Origin: Dictyostelium discoideum
Taxonomy: Eukaryota
Direction of reading: 5' to 3'
Assembly: GCA_000004695.1 (NCBI GenBank)
Contig: CM000152.2
Coordinates: forward strand, 1,024,001-1,088,000
DNA length: 64,000 nucleotides
Shown here piece after piece: positions 1-14,087 of the stretch. The notes beneath the pieces were generated by a model. That model saw only the letters and a program-made list of their open reading frames with translations. It did no database searches and was not told where the DNA came from. How positions within the stretch are numbered: position 1 is the stretch's first letter; the number at the start of each line of letters is the position of its first letter. Position numbers and translations under genes: made by a program.

Positions 1-622
1 CAAATAATACAATCGATAGTGAGAGTGAAAAAAATTTTAACTCTAATTGTGCAACAGTATCCACTTCGGTAATTGATGACATTCAAAGTAATTTAGAGAG
101 TGAATGTTCAATATTTAGTAGAGAAGATGATGAATATGACGAGGAAACAGGTGATGTTATTTCACCACCATTCGATCAAGAATCAACCACAAGTAAATTT
201 AGTAATGTCAGTGGTGGAAGTAGTACTAGAAATTATCCTTCCCACTCTAGACACTCTTCAAATAATAGTTCAACAAGTAGTGGCTTTGATTTCAATTCAT
301 TTAGAGATATAAATAATTTATCTGCCAATATCAATAATAATAGTAGTAATAATAATAATAATTCAAATAACAATAATAATTTAGAACCAATTTATAGCGC
401 AAAACAACAAAACAGATCAACAAAACCAAATCAAAATAGACTAAAATCAAGTCCAATAAATAATCAAAAATCCTTACTTTCTAATAATAATAATAATAAT
501 ATCACAACCAAAAAATCCTCTGATAGCAGTATTATGAACTCATCTGGTAACTCTATAAATATTAATATTAGTATAAATAATAATAAAACAATAATTATAA
601 ATCAACCCACTCTTTCACAACC

Positions 623-671
<49 letters not shown>

Positions 672-749
672 CCACAACTTGAAAACTCTGTAAATATCAA
701 CAATAATAATATCACAAATAATGATAATGTAAATAATAATAATAATAAC

Positions 750-824
<75 letters not shown>

Positions 825-1121
825 TCAAAAAATGAAAAAGATAATACAACTACAACACTTGATAGTGATGAAGATACCAGTACATCTGTTGGAGAGATTT
901 TAGCAGTGATCGGAAAAAATATTTTAATCCCAAATTCTGAAAAATGTCATGATGTTGATGAAAATACTTTAAGCAATAACAAATTGAACGAAGAAATGGA
1001 AAAGAATGAACCACAAAATTCCTCTCCCTCTTCATCATCAACCACCACAACCACAACTACCACAACTACCACCACAACAACTATTTCTCAAACTGCTGGT
1101 ATAATCACAAATGATTGGTAG
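1..1121 (+). CDS. 3' part of a gene for a low-complexity poly-Q/poly-N/Thr-rich protein (5' end lies outside the window)
   Basis: Frame 3 is open from nt 3 to the stop at 1119-1121. It contains (CAA)n and (AAT)n codon runs, and the tracked ORF 534..1121 is its tail. Function unknown. Confidence 0.5.
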
Positions 1122-1238
1122 TTAAATCATACAAAAATATTCATCCATTCATTCATTCATTCATCCGCTCGCTCAGATTCATTAACAACTAATCAATCAC
1201 TCACTTGCTCATCACTCGAAAGCTTTTCTTTTTACACA

Positions 1239-1269
<31 letters not shown>

Positions 1270-1608
1270 GAAAACATCACAATTGTCCATATACGCTACC
1301 CCCTCATCCACAATCCAATTCAAATTAAAAATTTTTAATTTATATAATTTATTAAAACGGAATTATTGAATTATTATTTAATTTTAAATTGTTTAAACCA
1401 AAAAAAAAAAAAAGAAAAAAGAAAAAAAAAAAATATGTACTATCTATCTATATATCTCTCTCTTTTATTTTACTATCATCAATAAATAAATAAATAATAA
1501 TTAAAAAAAAAAAAAAAAAAAAAAAAATTAAAAAAAAAAAAAATTAAATATTATAAAAATTAAATATTATAAAAATTTACAGTTATAAAAGTTATTAAAT
1601 AGTTTATT

Positions 1609-2276
1609 TTAATTAATTTCTTTATTTTGATTACGAATATGATGATCTTTATCAAAACTGATATGAGATAAAAACATTCCCCAAAATATACTAATGATTG
1701 AACTATATAATACACGTAAATTAGGTGGTACTAATGAGAAATTAATTATTTGAGCAGCTGGCCATATAAGCCAATTAATTTTAACAGCATAAAATAATTC
1801 TTTTGTGAAATTCTCTAAATTCTTTAATTCACCTTTATTATTTATGAAATTGGTAACTGTCATAAAACCACCAATTGCAACTGGTGCGAAAAGTAATTGA
1901 TCGATTAACATCTTTTTAATTATAACTGATCTTCCTTCACCTTTGACCATAATATCTAATGATCTATACCAATAATGTAACATTGGTCCAGAATAAAATA
2001 TACCTACTGTTGACATTGTTGCAACTCTTTTATAATCTAATTTAAATTGGCTCTTTTCATCTTTAAATTTATGTTCTAATCTTTGTGCTAATATATCACC
2101 TGTTCCCATTAAAAATCCAGTTGATAATGATTTTGCTAAAATTTAAAAAAAGTGTTTAGTTAATTTTTTTTTTTTTTTTTTTTTTTTTTTTCCCCTTAAA
2201 AAATTAATTAAAAAACCATACTAACTAAAGGATGATTATCCAATAATCCCAAATATAATCCCCAAAGTTTTCTCAT
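1609..2276 (-). CDS. Mpv17/PMP22-family peroxisomal/mitochondrial inner-membrane protein, 2 exons (2222..2276, 1609..2135)
   Basis: ORF 1609..2109 (..LHYWYRSLD..NWLIWPAAQIINFSLVP..) is typical Mpv17/PMP22. Upstream exon is ATG 2276..2274 MRKLWGLYLGLLDNHPLV with donor GTATGG at 2221 and acceptor TTTTAG at 2136; phase 1 is consistent, giving about 193 aa. Confidence 0.65.
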
Positions 2277-2838
2277 TTTTATGTTTAATTTAATAAAAAA
2301 AAAAAAAAAAAAAAAAGATCACGAGTATCAAATTAATTTTGATTTTTTTTTTTTTTTTTTTTTAATTAAAAAAAAAAATAAAAAATGAAAATCAAAAAAA
2401 AAAAAAAAAAGATAAATCAAAACTAAAAAATGAAAAATAAAAAAAAAAATAAAATGTGATAAAACAAAAAAAAAAAAAAAATTTTTAACACAAGATAAAA
2501 TTAGAAATATTTTATTTTTCATTTCTGTTAAAATTCTAAATAATCTTGTGATATATGAAATTATTTAATTTTTTCTTTTTTTTTTTTTATAATTTTAAAT
2601 TAATTGATTAAAAAAAAAGTTAAAAAAAAAAAAAAAATAAAATAAAAATTGAATTTTTTTTGAGTATCACGACTACACCGGGCAATTATTTTTTTCATCA
2701 ATTTTTTTTTTTAGTTTTTTTTTTTTTCAATTTTTTTTATTTTTTTTTCGTCTCAGTCAAAATTTTTTTTTTCTCGCGACTATTATTTTTTTTCTTTTTT
2801 TTTGGTAGTTATAACTCATACACATACATATTTCCACT

Positions 2839-3169
2839 ATGTCTGAAATCAAAACTGAAGGTACATTGGAAAAAAAAAAAAAAAAAAAATAATAAAAAAA
2901 TTATATTTATTTTTTGTATAAACTCTCTTTCAAATAAATAAAAAAATAAACAAACAAACAGAATGAATAAATAAATAAATAATAATAATAATAAAAAAGA
3001 TGATCACAAAAAAAAAAAAAAAAAAAACCGAGAAAATAATAATAATAAAAAAAAAATAAAAAATAACAAAATAACAAAATTTAGAAATGAAACAGTAAAG
3101 AAAATAGAGATAATAATAGGATAAAAACAGTTTATAAATAAATTACAGATTTACAACCAAATCAGATGA

Positions 3170-3206
<37 letters not shown>

Positions 3207-3765
3207 GATTTATGACTAAAAAAAAAAAAAGAGATAGATATTTCAGAGAACAGATAAGAAAAATAACAACTTTATTTGATAAAATTGGACAAAAATGCAA
3301 CAAAACTATCGAATTTTTTTCATCCAAATTTTATTTGTTTTTGATAGGGGGAGAGAGTTTATGCAAAAAATAATAAATATAATATTGCGCACGCTGAAAA
3401 AAAAGATATTAACTTTTTTTTTTTTTTTTTTTTATTATTAATTAGAACTCGCTTGCATCTACTCCGGTCTTTTATTACAAGATGACGGTATTGAAATCAC
3501 CGCTGATAAAATCAAAACCTTATTAGAAGCTGCCAACATCACTGTTGCTTCTCACTGGCCAGGTCTCTATGCTCGTTCATTAGCCAAAGTTAACATTCCA
3601 GAATTATTATTAAATGCTGGTTCCTCAGGTGCCGCCGGTGCTGCCCCAGTTGCCGCTGCCACCAGCGCTGCTGCCCCAGCCGCCGCCGCCAAGAAAGAAA
3701 CTAAAAAGGAAGAAGTTAAAAAGGAAGAATCCGATGACGATATGGGTATGGGTTTATTCGACTAA
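2839..3765 (+). CDS. rplp1: 60S acidic ribosomal protein P1, 2 exons (2839..2860, 3446..3765)
   Basis: Exon 2 translates [80 protein letters not shown], the hallmark P-protein C terminus. Exon 1 is MSEIKTE plus donor GTACAT. The intron is about 585 bp, long for this genome, so the exon-1 assignment is less certain. Confidence 0.65.
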
Positions 3766-4304
3766 AAGAACCAACTAAAGCAAACTAATTTTCGAATGCT
3801 TATAGGAAGTTTCCTAGTTTAAAAAAAAATAAAAAAAAAATTAAAAAATATATAAAAAAAAAGTGTATTTTATTATTACTATTAAAATATTAAAAATTTA
3901 AAAAAAGAGAGGAGGTAAATAAATTAAGAATTTATATTGACAAACCTCAACATCACCGATATGAAAGAAGTTACTTAATTTTTTTTATTAAACAAAATTA
4001 TCAAAAAAATTATAAATTAATAATTTTTGTTTGTTTATTTTTTTCCATTTCCACCAATTTCCAATTTTTAATTTATAAATAGATAAATCCTGTCCAATTT
4101 AAAACGCATCACAAACTTAAATGTAACATTTTTTTTCCAATTTTTTAAATAATAGATTTATAAATAATTAAAAAATTAAAATTATTTTAAAGATAAACAC
4201 GTTCAAGATTAAAATACAGTATTTTATTTTTTAATTTATTCTTTTTTTTTTTTTTAAATAAATAAATAGTTTAATTTTTCATTTTTTTTTTATAAATAAA
4301 TAGT

Positions 4305-7300
4305 CTAATTTTTCATTTTTTTTAATTTTAAAGGTTTAATATTTCTAAGGTGATATTTATATTTTTTTGCCAAGAAAATGGAAATTGTAATTAAAATTGC
4401 ACAACCAACACATCCTAAAACAATTCCAATGATGGCACCAGTTGATAATTTATTTTCACTATTTTCTTTACAAATTGAATTTGCTGAATCACTATCTAAA
4501 AGAATACCAAAATCAGGGTCTAATTGAATTAAATTTTTATAATATGGTATTGATATTGCAATTAGAGATTCTGATGAATAGTATGTAGTACTATCATCAT
4601 CATCACTTTGACCATTTAGAATAATATTATTAATAGAATTTAAATTACCATCAACTATTGCTCTTTTAATAAATCTACCATATAAACTATTATCATTGAC
4701 TTTTAATTGTACATAATTTGAATTATCATTAACAGTTTCACCAAAATCTTTAGATGAGCATGAATTATAATCAATTTCATTTGAAATTGCTTTTGCTTGA
4801 ATAATTAATTGTAATGTATTTAATTGATTTTCAAATGGATATGTTGTAATGTTTATATTATATTTCAATGATGATGGGTTCATTATTAAATTTTGATTTG
4901 CAAATGTAATATTTGTTGTACTATTAAACCATTCTGTAATTACAGTTGTTGTACAATTTAGTTTTGTATTATTATTAAAAGAGGTTTCTAAATTTACTAT
5001 ATACTGATATCGATTATCTTTTAATTTTGTTTGAATCCATTTATCAAATTTATAAGTTTTAATTACATTATTTTTAAAATCTAATTCTCTTAATGATACA
5101 ATTGAAACTAGTGCAGTGAATGATAAATTATCGTCACTTCCATTTGAAGGTTTGGTTATATTTATTGATGGTTTAGTTTCATTTAATTTTGGTGGTGGTA
5201 CAATTACAACCTTTGATTGACATGATAAGCCAACCCATGGTGAATAACAAATACAACCAGTTGATGAGCAATAACCTTGTTTTGAACCACCACATTGGGG
5301 ATTACCTTTACATACTTGAGGACTATTTGTTGGAAGTGGAGTTTGAGTTTCCACTGGTGGTGGTGGTATGAATAAAATTGGGTTAATTAAATATTCATTT
5401 GATATAACACCTTCATATGAAATGATTTTAATAATAAATGGATATTCAGTTTCTTTAATTGCTATTGTAAATGCTCTTGAATATGTTGAAATTGAATCAA
5501 TTGCCTCGAATATATTACTATTAAATCCACCATTTAAATAATTTATATAAACTGTTTGATTTTGGTTAAAACCAATTCCATATAACCAAATTTTACCACC
5601 ATATGAATATACATCATCATGTGAAGTAATGATTGGATTATTTAATGAAAATGTTGTATTTAAATAGTGTTTATTATTTCCTACCAATAATAAATCAGAT
5701 GTTGGATAACCAGCAAAGTAACCATTTTTATATCGTAAACCATAAATTGAAATAAATATTGGACCAGGGTACCCAAAACCAATAGGAATTTCAGTTTCAC
5801 ATATATATCTAATACCACCTGCTATTATTTGATAAGTTGGTGCATCACATTCAATTAAATCTAATGTTGGACTTGTTAAATAAAAAATTGGAGTTAAATT
5901 ATAGTTGAAATTATTTTCATCTGTTAAATTAAATGTAGCACTTATTGTCACTGATCTATCTGTTAATTTACCAACATCAATAGTTTGAGTTGAAAGTTTT
6001 AAATCTATTATCACTGGTTTACCAGTTACTGTTGGATAACTTGAAGAACATGTAATTGGTAAACGTGTAACATTAATACCATCATTGTAAAAATTAATAA
6101 ATGGATTTGAAATTGATTTTTGGTTCTCTGAATAGATATTATAAATTGATGGTATTTTATTGGCATCTAATAAAGTAACATGGATAATTACAAATTCTTG
6201 TGAAATACATGTTTCATCAACTGGAATATCAATTTTATAAGTACCATTCCATTTATCACCATATAGTAAATCATTTAATGTTAAATTAAAATTATAAATT
6301 GAATTATCATTTGAACCCATTACTTTAATAAACCCACTTTCAAATCCATTATAATCATCTAAAATTCTAAATGTCCAACCAACAAAATCAGACCCACTTA
6401 TATTATCAATATTATTTTTTTTTATAATTAAACTTATTAACGGACCTTGATTATCTAAATATGTTTCATTTACTCTAAGTTGTGCTGAACTTGATAATAA
6501 ACTATTATAAATCTTTCCGGTTAATGAAAAAAATATAACATATGGTATTTCACCAAAAATATTATTTGATGGTATTATAAATTTGCATTCAAATGATTCA
6601 ATATCATCATTATAATTAATTGGATATCTAATATTTTCATTAATTGAAATTGAAACTGGATCTAATAACATTAATGACATTGGTACATCTCTTTTTAATG
6701 TATTTGATTTAATATACATAATATTATACCCAGTATTATTTAAAAGATTTAAATCATTAATTGAAAATGAAATATCATTAAAATCATTTAAATTAAATTC
6801 TATATATAAAAAAAAAAAAAAAAAAAAAAATTTTAATTTAATAAAGATTTTTTTTTTTTTTTTTTTTTTTTAAAAAATTAAATTAATAAATTAAAAATAA
6901 TACAAACTATATGAAATAAATGGTGAAGTAAATTTTGAAATTGGATTTAATGAAATAATATCAAAATTATTATATTCAACTTTGTTTCTAACTCTATCAA
7001 TTAATTGAATTTTATTAAGTGATCTGGTTGATAAAATTATTTCATAATCACCTTCAAAAAGATTACCACTTACAAATGATTCTAATCCAATTTTTTCGGT
7101 TGAACCAGAGTTTGTAAATGAATTTATTTGAAATAATTCATTTATTGAAACAATGTGAAGTTTTAATAAATACTTTAATGGTGATAATTGTAAAATTGTA
7201 AAATTTGTTAACTTTGGAGGAGTGGTATCACCTTTTTATTTTTTATTTTATTTTTATGATTAGTAAATTTTAGTATTTTTTTTTTTTTTTTTTTCAACAT

Positions 7301-8145
7301 ATTACGTACCTGAAATTATTGGAATCGTTGAGGAAAGAATAGTTGATGAAGTCACTGGTTTACATTGTAATACCATTTGTTCATTTTGAATTGTATTAAC
7401 AAAGCCTGAAACACAAATTTTAAAATTTGAGTTATAACCCGAATAAAATCCAAATGGAAATCCTTTAATTAATTGATTTTCATTTATTGAATAAATAAAT
7501 TCATTCAATTTGTAATTTGCATTAAAAACATTTAATGTAACAACATTATTATCCAATCCATGTACTAAACCTACTAATTCAGTTGGTAAATACTCTGCAA
7601 AGAAAAAATATATATACATATAAATTGTTAGTTTTTTTATATGTAAAGTTTTATTTTGTTTTTTTTTTTGTTTTGTTTTTATTTTTTATTTTTTTTTTCC
7701 TAAAATGTTAAACAATTATTATTATTATTATTATTATTTACATACTATTAATAATTAATGAATCATAATTAATTTGGGAACTATATGGACCAGCTGGTGA
7801 GTTTACTGTAAATTCAGTAGAATTTATACCATTAAATGGCTCATTTTCAATAAAACTACTGATAAAAACCATATCTTGTTTTTTACCACGTATTGGTGTT
7901 CCATAATATGATAGATTCCCATTACTAATAACAAAAAATGGTCTATTTGAATTTGAAAGTACCTCTCCAATTAATAAAGGTCCAAATCCAAATCCAAATT
8001 CATTTATTATTGAACTAATTTCCTTTGGTAAATAAACCACATTTTGAAAATGATTAGGTGGAGCTGGAACTAAAATTTAAAATTTTAAAAAAAAGTTAAA
8101 AAATATATTTAACATTTGAAAAAAAAATAAAAAAAAAAATAATAA

Positions 8146-8217
<72 letters not shown>

Positions 8218-8520
8218 TTACCATCATTATAAAAAGATTTTGTTTTAAAATAATTTCCACCAAAAGAATCAAAAATTTCAATTGACCATTCCCCTTTTAA
8301 ATGATCTGGTATATAGTATGGACTCCATTTGATTAAATAAAGATCAGAATTCTCTATTGATTCAATGATTCCAACAGTTTCATCAGTTAAAAAAGTTTTA
8401 GGTTTTACTCCATCAAATCCTTCAATTTTTAAAAATGAATGAAAATTTTCAAAATCATTATATCCTGGTCCATTACCAATAATTTCAGGTTTTGTTTTAT
8501 TAAAATCAATTTCTGGAAAT

Positions 8521-8582
<62 letters not shown>

Positions 8583-9049
8583 CACACAAACACATATGTC
8601 AAAAATTTTATTTTTTTTTTTCAAAGATATTATATTATATCTAAATAAATCTAATAATTACTATTACATGATAAATCTATGTTGAAAGATGTAAGTCCAT
8701 TTGCTGAATTAACATCTATTGAGAATTGAAAAGCATCAAATGATATTGATGTTGATAATATGAATTGATTTCCATTTAAACTGGTAATTTTAATTGAAGA
8801 AGTAGTTATTAAAGAACCTGGAGGAATTTCACCATTTGAATTTTCAAGTAATACCTTTAATTTGACATCGCAACTACTATCTTTTGATGATGTTGGATAC
8901 CATGAAAATTGATTCAATGGTTCAATTGCAGTTAATGATACTTCTTGTGGTCCACTAACATACTTTATTTGGCAATGAACAAAATTTTCAACATTACCTA
9001 AAATAAAAAATAATAATAAACATAAAAATATATAAACCCTTGAAAACAT
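4305..9049 (-). CDS. Large type-I membrane glycoprotein with signal peptide, EGF-like module and C-terminal TM (tiger/ComC-like architecture), 6 exons: 8662..9049, 8222..8512, 7746..8069, 7310..7594, 6908..7231, 4305..6799
   Basis: Signal peptide MFSRVYIFLCLLLFFILGNV in exon 1. The tracked ORFs (8651..9049, 8109..8624, 7738..8040, 7302..7619, 4305..6719) and an M-less open frame at 6908..7231 join with consistent phase-1 GT..AG junctions: donors GTAATT, GTAAAT, GTATGT, GTACGT and the weaker GTTTGT. This gives about 1368 aa with many N-x-S/T sites, CKGNPQCGGSKQGYCSSTGCICYSPWVGLSCQ, and the TM helix AIIGIVLGCVGCAILITISIF followed by a basic tail. Confidence 0.55.
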
Positions 9050-9062
9050 TTTTTTTATTAAA

Positions 9063-9094
<32 letters not shown>

Positions 9095-9169
9095 GGAATA
9101 TTAAAAAAAAAAAAAAAAAAAAAAATAAAAAGTAAAAAATAATAAGTATAAAATCACATCAAATCCAAA

Positions 9170-9204
<35 letters not shown>

Positions 9205-9807
9205 GTTGTGTATAAAAAAAATAAAAATAAAAAGAAAAAAAAAAAAAATAAAAATCGATAAAATATCTTTTTTTTTTTTTTTTTTTTTTTGAATTGAAAA
9301 GATTAAAAGATATTTTACGATTTTTATAAAATTATTGTAAAGAAGATTTAGATTTGGTAGGTGTTTGAATGAATTTATGATAAAAAAAAAAAAAATTAAA
9401 AAAAATAAAAAATAAAAGGGATTTCTGTCTAGTGATGGGGAAATTTTATGTTATTTAAATAATTTGATTTTGATTTGAACTTGAAAGTGTATTTTTTTTT
9501 TTATTTTTTATTTTTTATTTTTTTTTTTATTTATTTTGGATTATTTAAATATATTTATTAAATTATTTTTATTATTAGTATTTAATAATTTTAATATTTT
9601 TTCCAAATTTGGATTTAATTAATATTTTTTTTTTTTTTTACTTTTTTTGATTTTATAAATTATTAATTATTTTAAAATAAAGAATAGACCTACTAAAAAG
9701 AAATTAAATGATTTTTTAAAATACCATTTTATAATTTTAAATAATTTTATCCCTATCAAATATAATTAATTATAAAATCTTATCACGATCATCTAGATTT
9801 TATTTGG

Positions 9808-9841
<34 letters not shown>

Positions 9842-10524
9842 ATTTCCATAAAAAAAAATAATAAAATAGAAAAAGAATAAAAAATTTAACAAAGAAAAAA
9901 AAAAAAAAAAAAAAATAGAAAAATAATATAAATTAGGATTAACATATCTTTTAAAAATTTTAATAGTACCATTTTGATTTTGTCAATTTATTACTCTTTT
10001 ACTTTTAATTTATTCCACACTTTTGGAATTAACATATCTTTTTTTTTCCTTAAAAATTAAAAAAAAAAAAAAAAAATCCAAGTATTTGGAAATTAATAAA
10101 ATTGAAAATTATCATTATAAAAAAACAATTTAAATTTTAAATTATTTATATATTTATTTATTTTCGTTTTTATTTAATTATTTATTTATTTATTTCATTG
10201 ATAATTTTTTAATTTTAATTATTTCTAAAAATATTAATATTTTTCATTATAAATATTTATTTTTAATACCATCACATTTTGGAAAAAAAAAAAAAAAATA
10301 AAAAAAAAAAAAATAAAAAAAAATAAAAAAAAATAAATTTTTTTTTTTTAAAAAAATTAAAAAAATTAAAAAAAAAATAAAAAAAAAAAAAAAAAAAGCA
10401 CCAAAATAAAAAAAAAAAAAAAAAATTGCAATAATTAAAACCAACAATAGCAATAATAATTATAATAATAATAAATAATAATAATAATAATAACAATAAA
10501 ATAGTAACACCAATAAATAATAAT

Positions 10525-10564
<40 letters not shown>

Positions 10565-10706
10565 TAAAAAATATAATAATAATAATAGTAATAATAGTAA
10601 TAATAATAATAAAATAATAATAATAGAAATAATTTCAATTTAAAAAATAAATAAAATAAAAAAAGGAAAAAATAAAAAAAAAAATAAATTTTTTTTTTAA
10701 AAAATT

Positions 10707-10756
<50 letters not shown>

Positions 10757-10769
10757 CACACAAAAAGAT

Positions 10770-11876
10770 ATGAATAAAAGCTCATCAGCATCAACAGTTC
10801 CACCTCATTCAACCCCTCATACAGCACATTCAACATCCTCTTCATCTCTACCTCCATTATCATCTACACATCACACAAATACATCATCTACGTCGAATAA
10901 TAATAATAATAGTAATAATAACCACAACCACAACCATCATCACACTACAGCAGCTACAACAACAACATCAACAACAGGTACAGGTACTACAGCAGCAACA
11001 ACATCAACATCAACATCATCAACAATACCAATAAATACAGCAGGAATTCATACGAGTAATAGTAATTTAGCGACAGCAACAAATACACCATCATCATCAC
11101 CACAAGTTTCAACATCAGTAGAAAGAAGATTTTGGATGAACGACAGAGGCTCAAGAAGATCATCAACCTCATTAACACAACAACCATTAACTATGAATAG
11201 ATCATCAAATAAACTACATGCTGCCGTCTCAGCTAGAGATTTAACAAGACTAAAACAAAGATTATCACAACCACGTAAAGCAAAGATCGAATTGGCAGAA
11301 TATGATTCAATGGATCAAACTCCTCTTTGTGCTGCTTTAAGAAATGGTTCACATGATATAGTTAGAGAAATTTTATTTTTCTATCAATCAAATAAGTAAG
11401 TAAAAAAAAAAAAAAAATAACAAAAACAAAAAAAAAAAAAAATTAAATTAAATTAAATAATAATTGTATATACATATTTTTAAATTCTGTTTATTTATAT
11501 TAACTTTTTTTTTTATTTTTTTAAAAAATAAAATAATAAATTTAGAATGGATATTAATGATCAAGATAAAAGTGGTTATACACCATTACATGTTGCAGCA
11601 TCTCATTGTGATGATCAAATTCTAATGTTATTATTAAATTATGAAGGCATCAATGTAAATATAACAAATGAAGATAAAAATTCTGCACTTCATTACTTTT
11701 GTCAAAAGTTTAGATCACCAAATTGTCAAGAACCATTTTCAATATTTTTAAAGAAAGGTGTAAATGTAAATGCACAAAACAAAAATGGTGAAACCCCATT
11801 ACATAAATCAATTTTTAATAATACTGTTCGTTTACTTATGGTAAACATGTTATTAGATGTATGTATTATTACACAA

Positions 11877-11907
<31 letters not shown>

Positions 11908-12038
11908 CTATATATTACAATAATTTATAATCCTCATAATCATTTAAAAAAAGATAATAATATATATAAAAAAAGCATACATATACTAACATATATTCAA
12001 TTTTTTTTTATTTTTAATTTTTCTTTAAAATTGTGTGG

Positions 12039-12083
<45 letters not shown>

Positions 12084-13737
12084 TGTGAAAAAAAAAAAAA
12101 ACCCAAAAAATAATAATAATAATAATTAGGCAGGAGCAGAAGTAAATGTATTAAATTCAAGAGGTGAAAGTCCACTTCATTTTGCAGTTCGTCTTGGTAG
12201 AGAAGATTTAGTATCAGTTTTAGTTAAAGCAGGAGCAGATATTACAATTAAAGGAAATGAAAAGAAAACATGTTATGAGTTATCTTTAACGATTGGGAAT
12301 CAAAGAGTTATAAATTTTTTAAAGAATGTTCAAGATATTTTCAATTGGTTGAAATCAATAGATTTGGAACAATATTGGTTAAATTTTGTAAAGGAAGAGA
12401 TATTTATGGACTTACTATTGGATATTGATGAAAGAACATTGGATTCATTAGGTATCACCTATAGTGGTCATCGTTTAAAAATAATTAGAAATTGTAGAAT
12501 ATTAAGAGATCAACAACTATTGAGTACTGCCAATAGTAATGTTACCACAGGTAGTGGTAGTAGTGGTTCAACAACAACAACCACCACCACTACCACCACC
12601 ACCTCTGGTTGTGGTGGATTAAATGTACCAGAGAATAAAAAGGTAACACAATTATCAATCGAATCATTAAAATCAAATCCACCAAATAGTATGGATTCAA
12701 CTGGTAGTATTAGTTCAGATGATTTGAAAGAGTCATTGACAAATCTTGAACATTGGGTTATTGATCACTCAGAGTTGGAGTATACATTAAAATTGGGTAG
12801 TGGTAGTTCAGGTAAGGTTTATAAAGGTTTATATAAGGGTAAGGAAGTGGCAGTCAAAGTATTGAAATCAATCACCACTCAATCACAATTGGAGGAATTT
12901 AAAAAGGAATTTCAAATTATGGGTTCAATTCGTTCTCAATTTATGGTAACATTTTATGGTGCATGCATTGAACCAAAACTTTGTATGGTCATGGAGTATT
13001 GTAGTCGTGACTCATTGTATCATGTAATGAACACCAAAAAGTATGACATTGGTTGGGACAGATTCTTTCAATTCACCATGCAAATGACATTGGGTGTACA
13101 GTGTCTTCACAATTGGACACCTCAAATTGTACACAGAGACTTTAAGAGTTTAAATCTTTTGGTCAATGAAGATTGGGAATGCAAAGTTTCAGATTTTGGT
13201 CTTAGTCGTTTTAATACCGCCGATAATTTAGAAACACTCAGTAAGATTCGTGGTACCTTTGCCTATTGTTCACCTGAAGTCGCCGTAGGTAATGGTAGTC
13301 TCTACACTACCAAATCTGATATCTACAGTATTGGTATCGTCTTTTGGGAATTAGTAACTCGTGTTATCAATGGTGAATACTCTCGTCCCTACAGTGAATA
13401 TTCTCACATCAAAATGGACTTTCAAATCATGTTAAACTCAAAGGAAGGTTTAAGACCAACCTTACCTCAAAATACTCCACCTGGTCTTGAAGCACTCTAC
13501 AAACAATGTGTAAACCAAGAACAAACCTTAAGACCAAGTTGCGAAGAAATCATTGAAACTTTAAATCGATTGAGACATGAATATATGTCTTCAAAAACTA
13601 CTTGGGATTCTTTAATTAGAAAACTACCATCTTTATCACCACCACCTCAACCAACTACTACAACAACAACTACTACTTCTTCTTCCACTTCAACAAATAA
13701 TATAAATAATAACATAAATAATAACAATAATACTTAA
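10770..13737 (+). CDS. Ankyrin-repeat, SAM-domain, TKL-type protein kinase, 3 exons (10770..11395, 11546..11858, 12130..13737)
   Basis: The S/T/N-rich N terminus is followed by ANK repeats (DQTPLCAALRNGSHDIV, GYTPLHVAASHCDDQILMLLL, GETPLHKSIFNNTVRLLMVNMLLDAGAEVN, GESPLHFAVRLGREDLVSVLVKAGAD). Next come a SAM domain (LEQYWLNFVKEEIFMDLLLDIDERTLDSLGITYSGHRLKII) and a kinase domain (GSGSSGKVYKG..VAVK..HRDFKSLNLL..DFG). Donors are GTAAGT at 11396 and GTATGT at 11859; acceptors TTTAG at 11545 and AATTAG at 12129. About 848 aa. Confidence 0.7.
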
Positions 13738-14087
13738 TGTATTTATATGTCTAATAATAATAATAATAAATAATAAATAATAAAATATACTTTAAAAAAA
13801 ACAAATAAAAAAAAAATAAAAAATAAAAAAAAAATAAAAAAAAATAAAAAAAAGATAAATAAAACAAATAAATAAAGTTAATAATAAATAAAAAAAAAAT
13901 AAAAAAAAAATAAATAAAAAAAAAACATTTAAAAATAAATAATTTGTCTTTTTTTATGATTTATAGAAAGAATTTAATAGTTTTCCTAATTCCAACTTTT
14001 TTTTTTTTTTTCTAATATTAAAGTAATTAAATATTAATTAAAAATAAATTAATAATATAAATAATTATTTATTTATTTTTTTATTAA

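Noticed and set aside
2328-2941. ORFs 2328..2522 (-) and 2660..2941 (+) encoding poly-F/K/L peptides; the same applies to 10247..10638, 28323..28578, 38834..39028 and 59726..60162
   Set aside because: They are translations of poly(A)/poly(T) and AT-rich intergenic or promoter DNA. They have no complexity and no splice or start context.
5189-5371. Short antisense or alternate-frame ORFs inside confirmed genes (5189..5371, 14198..14380, 14429..14623, 15527..15790, 15869..16078, 17227..17418, 18091..18360, 22693..22959, 26810..27004, 28849..29238, 29797..30113, 34969..35463, 35123..35371, 37684..37941, 38130..38333, 41234..41710, 41973..42164, 58216..58776, 60915..61160)
   Set aside because: They are contained in longer, homology-supported CDSs on the other strand or frame; several are poly-V/L/Y/H translations of AAT/CAA repeats.
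8140-8215. Regular (AAT)n/(ATT)n arrays considered as possible CRISPR-like or satellite arrays
   Set aside because: They are pure trinucleotide microsatellites without spacers, lying in introns or coding poly-N tracts. CRISPR arrays are not expected in a eukaryotic nuclear genome.
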